From the NCBI GenBank assembly GCA_964276515.1, contig OZ193909.1:12276001-12340000 (forward strand): 64,000 nucleotides of DNA. Reading direction: 5' to 3'. A program made the position numbers and the translations under genes. The stretch comes from Gordius albopunctatus. Its lineage: Eukaryota. The notes beneath the pieces are model-generated. The model saw only the letters and a program-made list of their open reading frames with translations, was not told the origin of the DNA and made no database searches. Shown piece by piece: positions 1-12,200 of the stretch; within the stretch, counting starts at the first letter, position 1; each line of letters opens with the position of its first letter.

Positions 1-479
1 GGTTTGTGGATATATAATAAATAGTGCTTAACATGCTAAATTGTCCTGTATCAGTGAATTAATCCTAAGCCATATTAGATCTTTATAGTAATTACTGTGT
101 TCGATACTAAACCTTTTCAAATCTTTAGAAACTTTTATGCAATAAGTATTACACAATATCTCTCTAACAAATTTAAGGTAAAGAACACCAAATTCTACAA
201 CATAAATGAACTTTATTAAGGAAGAAATTTATAGATCATGTCTTCAAACATAGAGAATTCTTTTCGTTTATATTTCATTTGAAATACGTATGCTAGATTT
301 ATCAATCAACTTGATAAAATTAATTAGAACTTTTTTGAAGTTAATTTTTGATAATTTCCCTCTTCTACTTCCCATTTTTTAGGTCCCACTGTTATGGGGT
401 TTGTTTTTATAAGTTTCTTTGATCTTAATCGGGGAGCGCCATGTCTTAATTTATTTTCTCAATGTTCAAAACTTTGTTT

Positions 480-800
480 CCTTACCCTTTCCACCTGACA
501 CGAGACGTCCTCTCCCCCCGCATTTTCCTGTCCAATACTTTTTATTTTAGATCATTCTCCTCCCTTTTTAAGATATAACCATAGGACTTACCCGATTTAA
601 TCAATTCCGCCATCGGTTGAATACCCATATTTCTCCTGGGAAAGTAATTGGTCATATGGTCAAGCTTAGTATACCCCAAATTCCACCTTATCATTCTCAT
701 CTCCGTGGCCTGCAATAGCTTTTCTTTCGTGGCATTTAGTGCCCATGTTTCACTTAGTAACACAGATCTTACGATAAATTTTAAGCATTGCTCTTCAATT
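480..800 (-). mobile_element. Degraded non-LTR retrotransposon (RTE-like) reverse transcriptase C-terminal fragment
   Basis: ORF 542..940 contains VLLSETWALNATKEKLLQATEMRMIRWNLGYTKLDHMTN...YGYILKREE, resembling the RTE-clade post-RT motif LxYGxETW...EMRMLRW..G.T..D..RN...GH..RR. Boundaries are approximate. Confidence 0.7.
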
Positions 801-1159
801 ATTTTGCCATCTTCTTGTCGCACATTACACCGGAGATTCTTCACCATCTTTTTTGGATTCGTGCATTGATCACTTTTGCGTAACCTTCCTGTTGTTGCAG
901 CATATCTAGCTATGGGGGTGCCTGAAACGTTCATTTCCATGTCTACCGTTTTTCGATTGTTGACCGTTAAACCTAAGTTAACACCTTTTTATTTATTGTT
1001 ATCATTTAAGGTAAAATTTCTTCTTATATAATAAAATTGATTTCTAGTCGTTGGTGTACAAATACTCCTCATATTCTTTTTGTCTTTAAATTATATATAA
1101 AAAATCCAATGGTGTAGCTATTTAATAAACATGTACCTTAATAAAATAATTGTGCTTGG

Positions 1160-2503
1160 AACGGGCCTGATGGGCCAGCCCGACACGTGGCCCGAGCCCG
1201 AAAAAAAACTTGGATAAATATTAATCCAAAATATAATTACAATACAAAATAATCCCCCTACAAATAAATATTTAGAATTTTACTACCCCCCATATATTAA
1301 TTTGTTTGATTTTAAGTTTTTGATTTAGACGCGTTGCGTGTTTTTAAACCGTAATACAACCAATATAATAATATATCGGCTGTTTTGCAATCACGGGCTG
1401 ATTCGGCAATTATAGAGAATATCGATATAGAAATAGTTAAAAGCCTAATAAAATTTCTGAACCCATTTAAAACGGCTAGTTATGAATTGGAGGCTGATGC
1501 AAAGCCGACCATTAACATGGTACTCTTATGCTATTACAGACTAATCGAATGTTTGAAAAAAGTTTTTTTAGCGAAGAGTTTAACACTTTGGCCAAAAAGG
1601 CCCTTTCGTTTTTAAATTCAAAATTTGAACTTGATATTATTCATAAATTATCCGCATTATTAAATCCAAAGTATCGAAATTTAATAATGCTGCCTCGCTA
1701 TGAATTTGATGACATTTGTCATCATATACGAAATTTAATAATTATGGAGGAAAGGATTAAGACTAATCCTCCGGTTAATACAGTTACGCCTAGTATAGCC
1801 GTCGAGCATGGTAATTTTTTAATTTGCATTAAGCACTTATTATTTTTCTAGATAATATAATGGAGGAAGAATTTTTAGATTTTAGTAGTTGGGAAGAACC
1901 CAGAATAGAGAACAAAGCTGAGGAAGATGAATTACATAAATATTTAAATACGAATTATATTGATGGTATGGAAGTATTGGAATGGTGGAAGATGCATCAG
2001 AGTGAATTTCCTTGTTTGAGCAATTTGGCTAGAAAGTATTTGGCAATACCTGCTACATCAGCTAGCAGTGAGCTAGCCTTTTCTACAGCTGGACGAGCTT
2101 ACGAAGAGAGAAGGACTTCGTTAGAACCCGAGAAATTAGACTCCACTTTATTTATTTACCATAATTATTCATATTTTATAAAAGAGTTACTTCTCATTAC
2201 CTTGGTATATATTTCAGGTTGGCAGAATAAGTAGTTTTTAAATAATTTACAAAATACAAAAAAATAAAAAAGGACGTTTTAGCCCCGAAAAACCTTTTTT
2301 TCTACATAATTTTTTTGTAAGAAAGGTTAATCCAAATATTTTTTGTGCCTAACTACGTAATATATTTATAAATAAATTTTTGAAATAAGATTGGTACAAA
2401 TTTAAATTTTTACAAAATTCGGGCCGGGCTCGGCCTCGGGTCTGGCCTGAGTAAAAAAACAAATCGGGCTCGGGCCGATATAATTCAATTTTGCAGGGCT
2501 CTA
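1160..2503 (+). mobile_element. hAT DNA transposon remnant: 3' half of transposase plus right TIR
   Basis: ORFs 1385..1615, 1528..1851 and 1860..2234 give FLNPFKTASYELE, LLNPKYR and the dimerisation domain WWKMHQSEFPCLSNLARKYLAIPATSASSELAFSTAG. There is a frameshift near 1560 and an in-frame 41-nt GT-AG intron at 1811-1851. CGGGC subterminal repeats precede the terminus TGCAGGGCTCTA at 2492-2503. The left TIR was not found. Confidence 0.85.
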
Positions 2504-2625
2504 ATCACACTACACTACCTACTCGCATGCACACACATAGTTTCATTTAGATAGACAGTACGTCGTGAGGTTGCGTTTGATGGACGTTTTATTAAACAGC
2601 AATACATATAAAACAAACTTACTCA

Positions 2626-2725
2626 AAAACTACTGGACCGATTTGGCTCGAACAAATCTTAAAACATGCTCCGGAGTGTCAGGAATAAAGTGTGAAATTT
2701 TGAGCCAAATCGGTCCGTTAGTTTT
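2626..2725. repeat. Imperfect inverted repeat with ~27-bp arms, probably a short non-autonomous element
   Basis: AAAACTACTGGACCGATTTGGCTCGAA (2626-2652) pairs with TTTGAGCCAAATCGGTCCGTTAGTTTT (2699-2725). Confidence 0.6.
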
Positions 2726-2827
2726 CCAAAATTTGTGGCGGCATACACACACATTAGTTTTCCATAGACGTCATTATTCAAACCAATAGTAAAAACTCAA
2801 ATATTTTAAACTCCGATGATGCAAATA

Positions 2828-3412
2828 GGTAGGGGAGACCGGGCTACTTTAGCCATAAAAAATTAAATCGCGTTTAAAAAAAAAACTAAAAATTATTTTT
2901 TCAATTTTTTTTGTTGGAATATATTTTTAAGATCTATTTTTATTATGGGGAAAAATTTGGAGAAAAATAAATAATAGTTTTTTCACAGATTAAGTTTAAA
3001 AATAACAAAAATCCAAAAAATTTCAAAAATGCCCGGGGCTAGTCATAGCCCATAGATTAACTCTGACGTTTTCACCTCTTATTAGTGTATGCTAACTCAA
3101 ATCAATAAAAAGATTGTTTTATTATAAAAAAATGTAGAAAATACAAATGTAATATGATTGTATTTTATATAAAACAAATAAAAAAGGGTCAAGATGACAA
3201 TTTGACTTAAGAACACTTAAAAGACGGATTTAGCAATGGAAAAAAACTTTTAGACGTTTTATAGTGTATAATCATAGTCTATTTATATTCCAAATAACAC
3301 TAAGTTAGACTTAGAGTATTAAACAAAATTTTTTGTTTTTTTAAATCTTGCCATTTGTAAAACACAATGAAAAATGGCTAACAATAGCCCCTCCCCGACT
3401 ACCCCCGACCCC
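2828..3412. mobile_element. Putative MITE with degenerate TIRs
   Basis: Left GGTAGGGGAGACCGGGCTACTTTAGCCA is partly complementary to right TGGCTAACAATAGCCCCTCCCCGACTACC. The interior is AT-rich and non-coding. Confidence 0.4.
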
Positions 3413-3863
3413 TATTTTCATAAAAAATTAATAATTTAAGATATTATATTGCATATAAAAATTTAATCATTAGACGGTTTTTATATAAAAAATCTCCCTT
3501 TATAAGATAAAATTTAATTTATCCAAAATATTCAGCCAAAAAAAGTTTATGGGTAGCGATATGTGCATAGACTAATAAAACCATAGACTGCCGAACAGCT
3601 GATAATTTTTTAGCAAATATAGCAAGCGCCATTTTGTGGGAAATCGCAAACAAACAATAGAATTTTGCATAATTTATTGTTCTAGTTTACTTATTTTTAT
3701 TCTTTTATAAATTAAGCTATTAATCTTATATATTTTCTTCAATATTTTATTGTTGAGAAGTATAAATATATCTGTTGTTAAGTTTTTCCTACAATATGGC
3801 AACTATTTTAGTAATGAATGATTTTAATAGTAAAAATCAGCTGTTCAGCAGTCTATGGTTTTA

Positions 3864-6186
3864 CAGCGTTTACCTCAACTTTTGCACTTCGTTTGGATCT
3901 CCCGCACACTAGTAGGAGAGAAAAGGGGTAATCAATCATAGCGTCTAACATGAATCGCTCATTCCTTCTCTCCCCTTCGCATGTAACACACTCCTTCCTA
4001 ACCTTACATCTTATTTTGCAACTCATACACCATATTTCGCACTTTTTTATAAAATGGTCGTTTTTTGAATAAATTAGTGATTTTTTTTTTCGAATTTTAT
4101 CTAGTATATTTTAAATTAATTAAACTTAAATTTTTTAATGATTATTTTTTTAATTTAAAGTTTATTCAACCTAAAAATGAAATTTTGTCATGTATACATT
4201 TATTGTCGAAAAAATAATGTAAAATACAATAAAATATGCATATATAAAACAAAAGAAAATCATGTAGTATTTAATAATCAATATTTTCATTATTCAAACA
4301 CGGGTCAATATATATTTTTACATAGGGTTAATGAATTTCGAAAAAACTGGATATTTAACTTTTTAAAATATTTAAGTAACAGCTACTATGAATATATTCA
4401 AATACTAGAATAAGGTTTGCAATTTAGGTCAAAATATTATAACAGACAGGGGAAAAAGCTGATACTTGGATATATTATGTATGGTGTACGAAGATAATTA
4501 TTTAATATCGAGTTGAGTTTGTTTAAATCATATTTTATAAAAGATTAGTTTGCTTTAGTCAATTCGGGCGGGGATCGGGATTGTAACCGATCGGGTCGGG
4601 CTTCGGGCGGCCCGTGCAGGGCTCTACCTATACCAGCATTGAGTTCTTCCAGTGTAATTTTATCTTGTGTTCTTTGGTTGCTAAATTTCACTATACCTTT
4701 AACCACAGCTGATTGCAACTCATACACCATGTTTCGGACTTTTTTATAAAATGGTCGTTTTTTGTATAAGTTAGTGATTTTTTTTTCAAATTTTTTCTAG
4801 TATAGTTCAAATTAATTAAACTTAAATTTTTTAGTGATTATTTTTTTTATTTAAAGTTTATTCAATTTTTTCTAGTATAGTTCAAATTAATTAAACTTAA
4901 ATTTTTTAGTGATTATTTTTTTTATTTAAAGTTTATTCAACCTTAAAAATATTTCCTGGATAAAAATCTAATTTGACTAACTCTTTCCGTCTTCCTATTT
5001 GGCATGTGGCATGTACCTCACCCCTTTTTTACCGTGAAATGTGTTTTGGGAACTCTTGTAACTGACCCTGCGCCTTTAATAATTTTTTTCAGTCTAAATT
5101 TGTTCATTATTTTGGTATTTTATAAAATGATGGATCAGCAAACTCGAAAATTGGCAATAAAGCTTAGCCAAGATGGAAAATCCTATGTTGAAATCGCAAA
5201 ATTACTAGATATATAGCGGTTTCAAGCAATGAGAGCTGTTAAAATTTTTTGCGAAGAAGGGAGAGATTATGCCAAAAAGTGTGCTGGGCGACAAAAAAAT
5301 TAGATGTATCACATGTCAATTTCATCCAGGAGGAAATTGACAAAAATTGTTCGCTGTCCCTAAAAGATTTAAGAAAAAAAATTAAGGATAAATACAATCT
5401 CGATGTTTGTCCTACTACAATCGCCCGGGAAATCAAAGGTTTCCATTATTCATTTAAACGCATAGCAATGATTCCTGAAAGGCGCAATGACGAAGACGTT
5501 ATTAATAAAAGACGGCAATATATGCAAGAGTTTTGCCGTTTTTTAGCTCTCGATCTTAACATCATATTCATGGATGAAACGGGGTTCAACGTATCGATGA
5601 GGGCTATTTATGGAAGGGCAGCTACTAACAAAAGGGCAATAAAGAAGGTTAAAGCCCTTAAAAGCCGAAATTTAAGCATGTGCTGTGCAGATTACTTCAG
5701 ACGATTGTCGAAACTATTTTTCACATGTAAAAACATATATTGACCGGTGTTTGAATAATGAAAATATTGATTATTAAATTTTACATGATTTTCTTTTGTT
5801 TTATATATGCATATTTTATTGTATTTTACATTATTTTTTCGACAATAAATGTATACATGACAAAATTTCATTTTTAAGGCTGAATAAACTTTAAATTAAA
5901 AAAAATAATCACTAAAAAATTTAAGTTTAGTCAATTTAAACTATACTAGAAAAAATTTGAAAAAAAAATCACTAACATATACAAAAAACGACCATTTTAT
6001 AAAAAAGTGCGAAATATGGTGTATGAGTTGCAAAATAAGATGTAAGGTTGGGGAAGGAGTGTGTTACATGCGAAGGGGAGAGAAGGAATGAGCGATTCAT
6101 GTTAGACGCTATGATTGATTACCCCTTTTCTCTCCTAATAGTGTGCGGGAGATCCAAACGAAGTGCAAAAGTTGAGGTAAACGCTG
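3864..6186 (+). mobile_element. IS630/Tc1/mariner-superfamily composite element with long inverted ends and TA TSD; transposase pseudogene ~5128-5777
   Basis: 3864-~4323 is the reverse complement of ~5726-6186, and both ends are flanked by TA. The transposase has an HTH-like N-terminus (GKSYVEIAKLL), an in-frame stop at 5214-5216, a frameshift and the first catalytic motif IIFMDETGFN. An internal deletion near 5690 joins it to the C-terminus DCRNYFSHVKTYIDRCLNNENIDY*. Confidence 0.85.
4330..4626 (-). mobile_element. Truncated hAT-type MITE (TAGAGCCCTGCA family) inside the Tc1-like composite
   Basis: Ends CCCGTGCAGGGCTCTA at 4626. It is similar to the reverse complement of ~59884-60200. Confidence 0.7.
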
Positions 6187-6279
6187 TATTAGTCTATCTA
6201 TGGATGTATGTAACTCATTTTGTAGCATATTGATGGCGTCCTAAATTTATCCGCAAAAATTTAAATTTGTAATGATTTG

Positions 6280-9200
6280 ATGATAACCACCCAAATTATA
6301 CAAGAATTCTATTCATGTATATCGAATAAAGTATTATTTAATAATTCGCTAAAATTAAATTGATTTAGAAATTATTAATATTAGTCTCTACAGACGTTGA
6401 TGCTATATGTACAACCAAAATTTTAATAGTAATATATTCATGTTAATCTATTGAATTTGTTATATCACTTGAAAAAATTTAAATTATTTTTTTATTAGGA
6501 GCTATTACATTCTGATAATACTCAATATGTTATAATACCAGTTCAAGATAAAAACAGCTTGTTGAGAGCCTATCAAGAAAACAGTCACATAAAAGATTTT
6601 GTTTTAATAAACTGCGGAGCAAATTTTGACATTGTTGAGTATTTGAATCCCTCTAGAGATTCTAAGTTTTTTGTTATTGACAAGTAACTAATATTATAAT
6701 TTGTTATAAATAAATTATGTAAATGAATATTCCTAATTTCCACCAAAAAATGTTTTATGATTTCTATAATCCTACATATATCTTTCCTTTGTGTTTAAAA
6801 TGAAAAATATATCTATTAAGTCATAGACCAATTGATGTCTATAATATATACAACTCGGAGCAAGTGCTTATAATAGTTGATGAAGATGAGGAGAAAAATT
6901 TCCCTGACTACGAAGACATATTTCCAATTGATGAGGTCAACATGATTACTTTATATAAAAATTATAATCTGAAGTAGATCTGTGTTAAACAATATGCCAT
7001 TTGTTTTTATCAATGAAAAATTTATTTTAGCCATACAAATTTTATTTGGTATCCTTTAAATAAATTACAAACATTTTTTTAATTTTTGCTTAGGATGCCT
7101 TCCTTTTTTTGACAATTTTTAATTTTATTATGTCTTTATTATACCATGAAAAGAGTTCACTTTAAAGTTTATATACAAATTAGCTTTTTGCAAAATAAAT
7201 ATATTGAATCTATTCAATAAATTATAATTTTAACATATCATATGAATATCTTCATTTTGTAAAATTATGGAATTTCATATTTAATTCTCTTTATTATTAA
7301 GACAAAGAGGACATTGATTTATGTATGTATCTCCTAATAAGGAGGAAAGCTACTCCAAGGCATATTTGATAATTATTGAGTTGTATTTTCTATTTTACTC
7401 AAATTTTATCTTAAACAAAATTCTAATTTATGCTGAGTTCTCATTAAATATAATTCTATTTTATTAACCTTGAGGATTCAACTAATTATTTATTTATTTT
7501 GCTTTAGGCATTAAAGTCTTTAATAATTCTATATTTATTTTAAATTTGACTTTTTTATTATAAGGCATTTATAAATTGGGCTAAATTACACATTAGAACA
7601 AGTTTAAAACATTTGCAACTTATATTAATGTCTTTAATTACTAAAATAAATTAAAAACTGTATGCTCTAATCTATTTCTCACCAGCTAAGTTTTATATTT
7701 TGCACTTTGACACCTTTTTTATTTTTAGTTGTTGACTTGACATAAAATTAGTCACAAATGTGGTTTTGTCATAATTATTTTTTTTGTTTTTTAATGTATC
7801 TCAATTTTGTAATCAGACATTTGCATACATGACCAAATTTAAACTTGTAATTTATAATACAAATTTTTATATTATAGGTTTTCATAATTAATGTGTACAT
7901 TGCAACAATGATCTAAATTTGACATTGCTCCGACTTAATAATTTTGAACCAAGGTTATCCTCACATTATAATTTCAAAAATAATTGGCTAGGGTTTTAAT
8001 TGGAGATGGATAATTTCGTAAAATAGGGGAATGCAAATATTTTATTCAATAAAAATGGTTATAAATAAAATGCCTATAGAGCAATAATTAAAGTATAATG
8101 GGTGTATTTGTAGAAAAATATTTGTTGCAATTTCAAATTGTTATCAAAATGTTTTCTTAGTATTTCAAATATAAGCTTGCTAATTTTAAATGGATGTTTC
8201 AGTAAAGTATTATCTCATTAAAAAATATTCAAACAATTCGAAACTTATATGATTATTATGGCTAACCCTAAATCATTACTACCCTCCCCCCTCTAATTCC
8301 AATCCTGGCTATGCCCAAATTTATTAATTTCAAAACAAGCTCAATCAGTGCCTTTATAGCGAAAAATTTATCTTTATTTTGGATTTTTTTGGGTGAGAAC
8401 TAGGATTAACAAACATTATAAAATCAAATTAAAAAGTGACATATTATATACAAAAATAATATAATACATTATTTTATAAATAACATTAATCCCGAATCTC
8501 GAAAGTTTAAATTTACAACAGTTGCCCGGCCTGGCGGACAGGGCCGGCCATTTCTGATCTCTGATATATATGTTGAGTTTACAATTTGGCCCTACCGCGC
8601 TAGACTGTACCTTCATCATGTTTATGTCATAGAATGAAGATGAAACGGTAGATGAAGGCGAGGGCCCTGGTCCCACTACTGGTGCGGGTAGAAATGATCC
8701 CACAAATAAAATTATAAGAGATTTGGCCAAACGCAAAAAAAGGTTGAAAGCCGACGAAAAACGACAAAAGATTCTCTTTCAATACACCGAATTTTCCTAC
8801 TACGCCAGTCCCGTAAGTTGACCACCACCGTCTTTGTTTACTTGATTTTATGTCTGTCCATGAAAAACGCCTGTTAGGGACGGCTGCCTTTGCTTAGATG
8901 ATGTTGATAGGGTTTAAGGCCACCCACCTTCAGCCATTCAAATCATTCTAAATCAATCAAACTCGACTTGTTATTGAAAATCATCGACTAATTTTATGTC
9001 GAATTTGTGGTTATAAAATACCATCAAAATCCGACGGTCAAATTCAATATATACGTCTGATAACAATTTAAATTATGCTTCTTGTTTTGCGCTTAGGCTC
9101 ATTATTTTTCCCTACTTCAGATCGAGGAGGTCTATTGTCAATTACATGGAAAATATGAAAAAAATTTAGATGCAGAATATGTATAGGGGAAATCTTTTTA

Positions 9201-12200
9201 GAGGGAATTCTTTTATTAACCGCATAGGTGCTTCCGAAATATATTTTAAAAAGTTGTGTGTGCGTTATCTTTATAACATTCATTTTTAGACCTCACTGCT
9301 CCTTTACAATGTGTCCTGGGTGCTCTCCAAAGAAAGCAACTTCCTTCTCTGGTGCGCCATCGTAGGACTTACAAATGACTTCCTTAACAAAAGAATACAA
9401 ACCGAAAAATACATCTCCCAATTGTCAAAACTCAAAAATCACGTGAATCGCCTTAATCACAAGTATGCAGCTATAAAGTTCTCAATAGAACCGCTATTCA
9501 AAAATTGGTTCAAGTCTAATTATATAATTTAGTTGGAAGGGCAAAAAGTGCATACTTTCTACATATTTTATTATACATTACGTTTTTTAACTAATTTGCA
9601 AAAAATCTAAAATAGCATATCAGTGACACGATTTTTTTTAATTTTCATAAAATTCACTATCGTTACAATTAGCAAGCGTCCTACCACATGAGTTTTAGTG
9701 AGGTATTATATTTAAAATTAATATAATTAAACACTTATTCCCTAAATCTGGTTTAATATTGGCCTGTTGATAATGTTATTTTCACGCCTTGCCCAAATTT
9801 CTCGCACAGTAAATAATATTTCATCATATTAGAAAAGACAATTCTAACAAGGAAAAAATATTTATCAAACTCATTTCCGAACTCAACCTCTCGATGTACA
9901 GGCATTGGACTCTGTTCGATAGCCTGTATTATTCCCAGCATATCGCCTGCCATTTTAAAATATGGAGTGCTCAGGGCAGGAAGCGCCTCAACGAATTTTT
10001 GGCTGATATAGGGTATCCATTTTGTTTTTGCTTTTTAAAGGTAAATATGACGACCATTAGGGTGAACAATTTGTCATTTAGCTTGGTAAAATAGTTATTT
10101 TTCTAAAAAACACGACGATAAAATGGCTTATCTGAAGATAGATTTTTATGTCTTATGTGCAAAATGGAAAATGAAATTGTTGAGACTAAAAAACATGGGA
10201 ATGAAGTTGTTTATCTTAAATATGTAGAATTCCTTTGAATCAATGCAAGCAAAAATTTGTATGCATGGACTTCGAATACCGAAAAAATGCGAAAGCATGG
10301 ATCGAAGAATTCGCTGACAAATATGGGTATGTTGTAGTACGTGTGTAGTTTATTGTCTAGGATGATTTTTAATTATTCTCGTTTTTAGGCAGCAGTTAGA
10401 TAATGTTGTATTACCTGCTTTTTCATAGAAATTATAATTTATCACATTAATGTTAAAAAATTGTGTATTTGAATTTTATTATAATGTATTTATTGTAATT
10501 TGTGGCATAATGTATAAGAAAGGTGGTTTTATTAATGGTCACGAGCGCACCGAAATATTGTTTTATATAATGATGTATTGAACATTTCTGATTAAATCGT
10601 GTTGTTAATGTTGTAAAAAGGGTTGAGTTTGGTCTAAAGATCGACTCTGCTCTACGACTAAGTCTAGAGCTCGACTAAGAAAAAGAGACCGAAAAACTTT
10701 TGGCCTCATCTAAAACCAAAGCGTCTTTACAAAACTTGTGTTATGAACGTTATATTTATTTTTAGTATAGAAGACATCAACTATCCCTCCTTCACAATCG
10801 CCTTCGGGTACAACAAATTGTTTGGCGCATCCGATTACTCTCTCGCCTTAAGTTCGCTGCTAGAATCCTCGGTACGGATTTAATAATAAGAACAATGAGC
10901 GTAGCCAACAGTGGAATTAGAGGGGGGCAATAATGATTTAAGGAGGGGCGAATGATCATTTTTTGAAATTTTAGCCATATTTTTAATAAATGTCAACAAA
11001 TTTTTGGATTTAGAGGGGTAGCTGCCCCTCACTTGGCTACACCCATGATAAGAACTAATAAAAATTAAGTGTTCTAAATAAAAAATCTATAAATTAATTG
11101 TTACACCAAACCCCCAAAAAACTATAATAAAACGCATCTGCTTAAATCTCTATGTTCCGGCTGCGAAATGAACGATTCCCTTTGGGTGAAAAGGTTTAAG
11201 CTATATGCGTTTCCCTATAATAACCTTATAAATCAAAGCCTTTTTTCCGTGCGAAATATATTTTGTGTGTTTTTCTTCATCATTTCCAAAATATATCAAA
11301 AGCACGCCAACATAGCTTCTGCCCTGGGCCGGCATGAAGCCGAAACTGAAGCGCACCCAAATTTTTACGCCACCCTGGATTGCTTATCGGCCACCAACGA
11401 ATTTCGTAACCTATACCTGGGCATTGAGTTAGCCAAGGTTCAAAAGAAACGCATTTTTGATGAAGCCCTCTCCCTCCTCGAAATGCACCAAATATTAACG
11501 GTTGGCCCTTTCCTTTACGCCTCATTCCCTGAAGTATTCTCAAATTTGGACTTTTTTATTCAATTGATTTCATAAAATTGTACTCTTTTTTTACACGAAT
11601 CATCCATCACACATAGGAGAAACTGCCTTAGGAAGGTTTAAGGGACTTAATGTTTTTTAGTTTAGCCGTAAGGGCTTTAAGCGTTTCGCATATAATAGCT
11701 GAACAATGTTCGGCACAGATGAATGAAGCATAGTTTAGATGGCGGTTCAATACATAGAAAGTGATGACCCATTATAAAATCTTGATCTTCCCCCTCCCAA
11801 CCCAATAAGAACGTAACTCTAAAAGAATAGATTATCGATTATTATAAAAAGTCTATGGTCCACATGTTTTAAATTTATTATTAACTCTATGACAAATGAT
11901 ATATGATGTTTATTCGATTTTATAGCATTCGATGGGAAGCAATTACTTTTCCAAATTCATATCACTTCAATCCCTCTCCCATTTCCTCTTGTACGCCTAC
12001 TGCGCCAAGGTCAGTCATTTTATTGCCCTCCTTACACCTATGTATGGATTTACAAAGTGGCGATCACTATTTAATAGTAAATAGAGTTTCCTATTAGGCA
12101 TATTAAAACTTGCTAAGACCTCATGCTTCAGGAGTGATTTGCAAAAAAAAATCATGTAAATTTAATTAAAACTCCTTCGTTGCCAGAAATAGTTTGGGAC

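Larger units (their letters stand above)
3566..6198. mobile_element. CATAGAC-type MITE (~300 bp) whose right TIR is split by an IS630/Tc1-type insertion
   Basis: Left TIR CATAGACTAATAAAACCATAGACTGCCGAACAGCTGA at 3566. The right TIR reads TCAGCTGTTCAGCAGTCTATGGTTTTA (to 3863) and resumes TATTAGTCTAT at 6187. An uninterrupted family member is at 61252-61496. Confidence 0.8.

Noticed and set aside
5128..5777. Bacterial IS630 insertion, contamination or recent horizontal transfer
   Set aside because: Long TIRs, AT-rich composition, decay and nesting among host MITEs fit a resident eukaryotic IS630/Tc1/mariner element. A phylogeny would be needed to claim transfer.
7031..7057. Perfect U12 donor GTATCCTTT at 7049 after a possible 18-nt in-frame micro-exon in CDC45 intron 4
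   Set aside because: A 9-mer this AT-rich is expected about once by chance in the window. There is no convincing U12 branch site before 8632, and PYKFYL does not fit the acidic loop.
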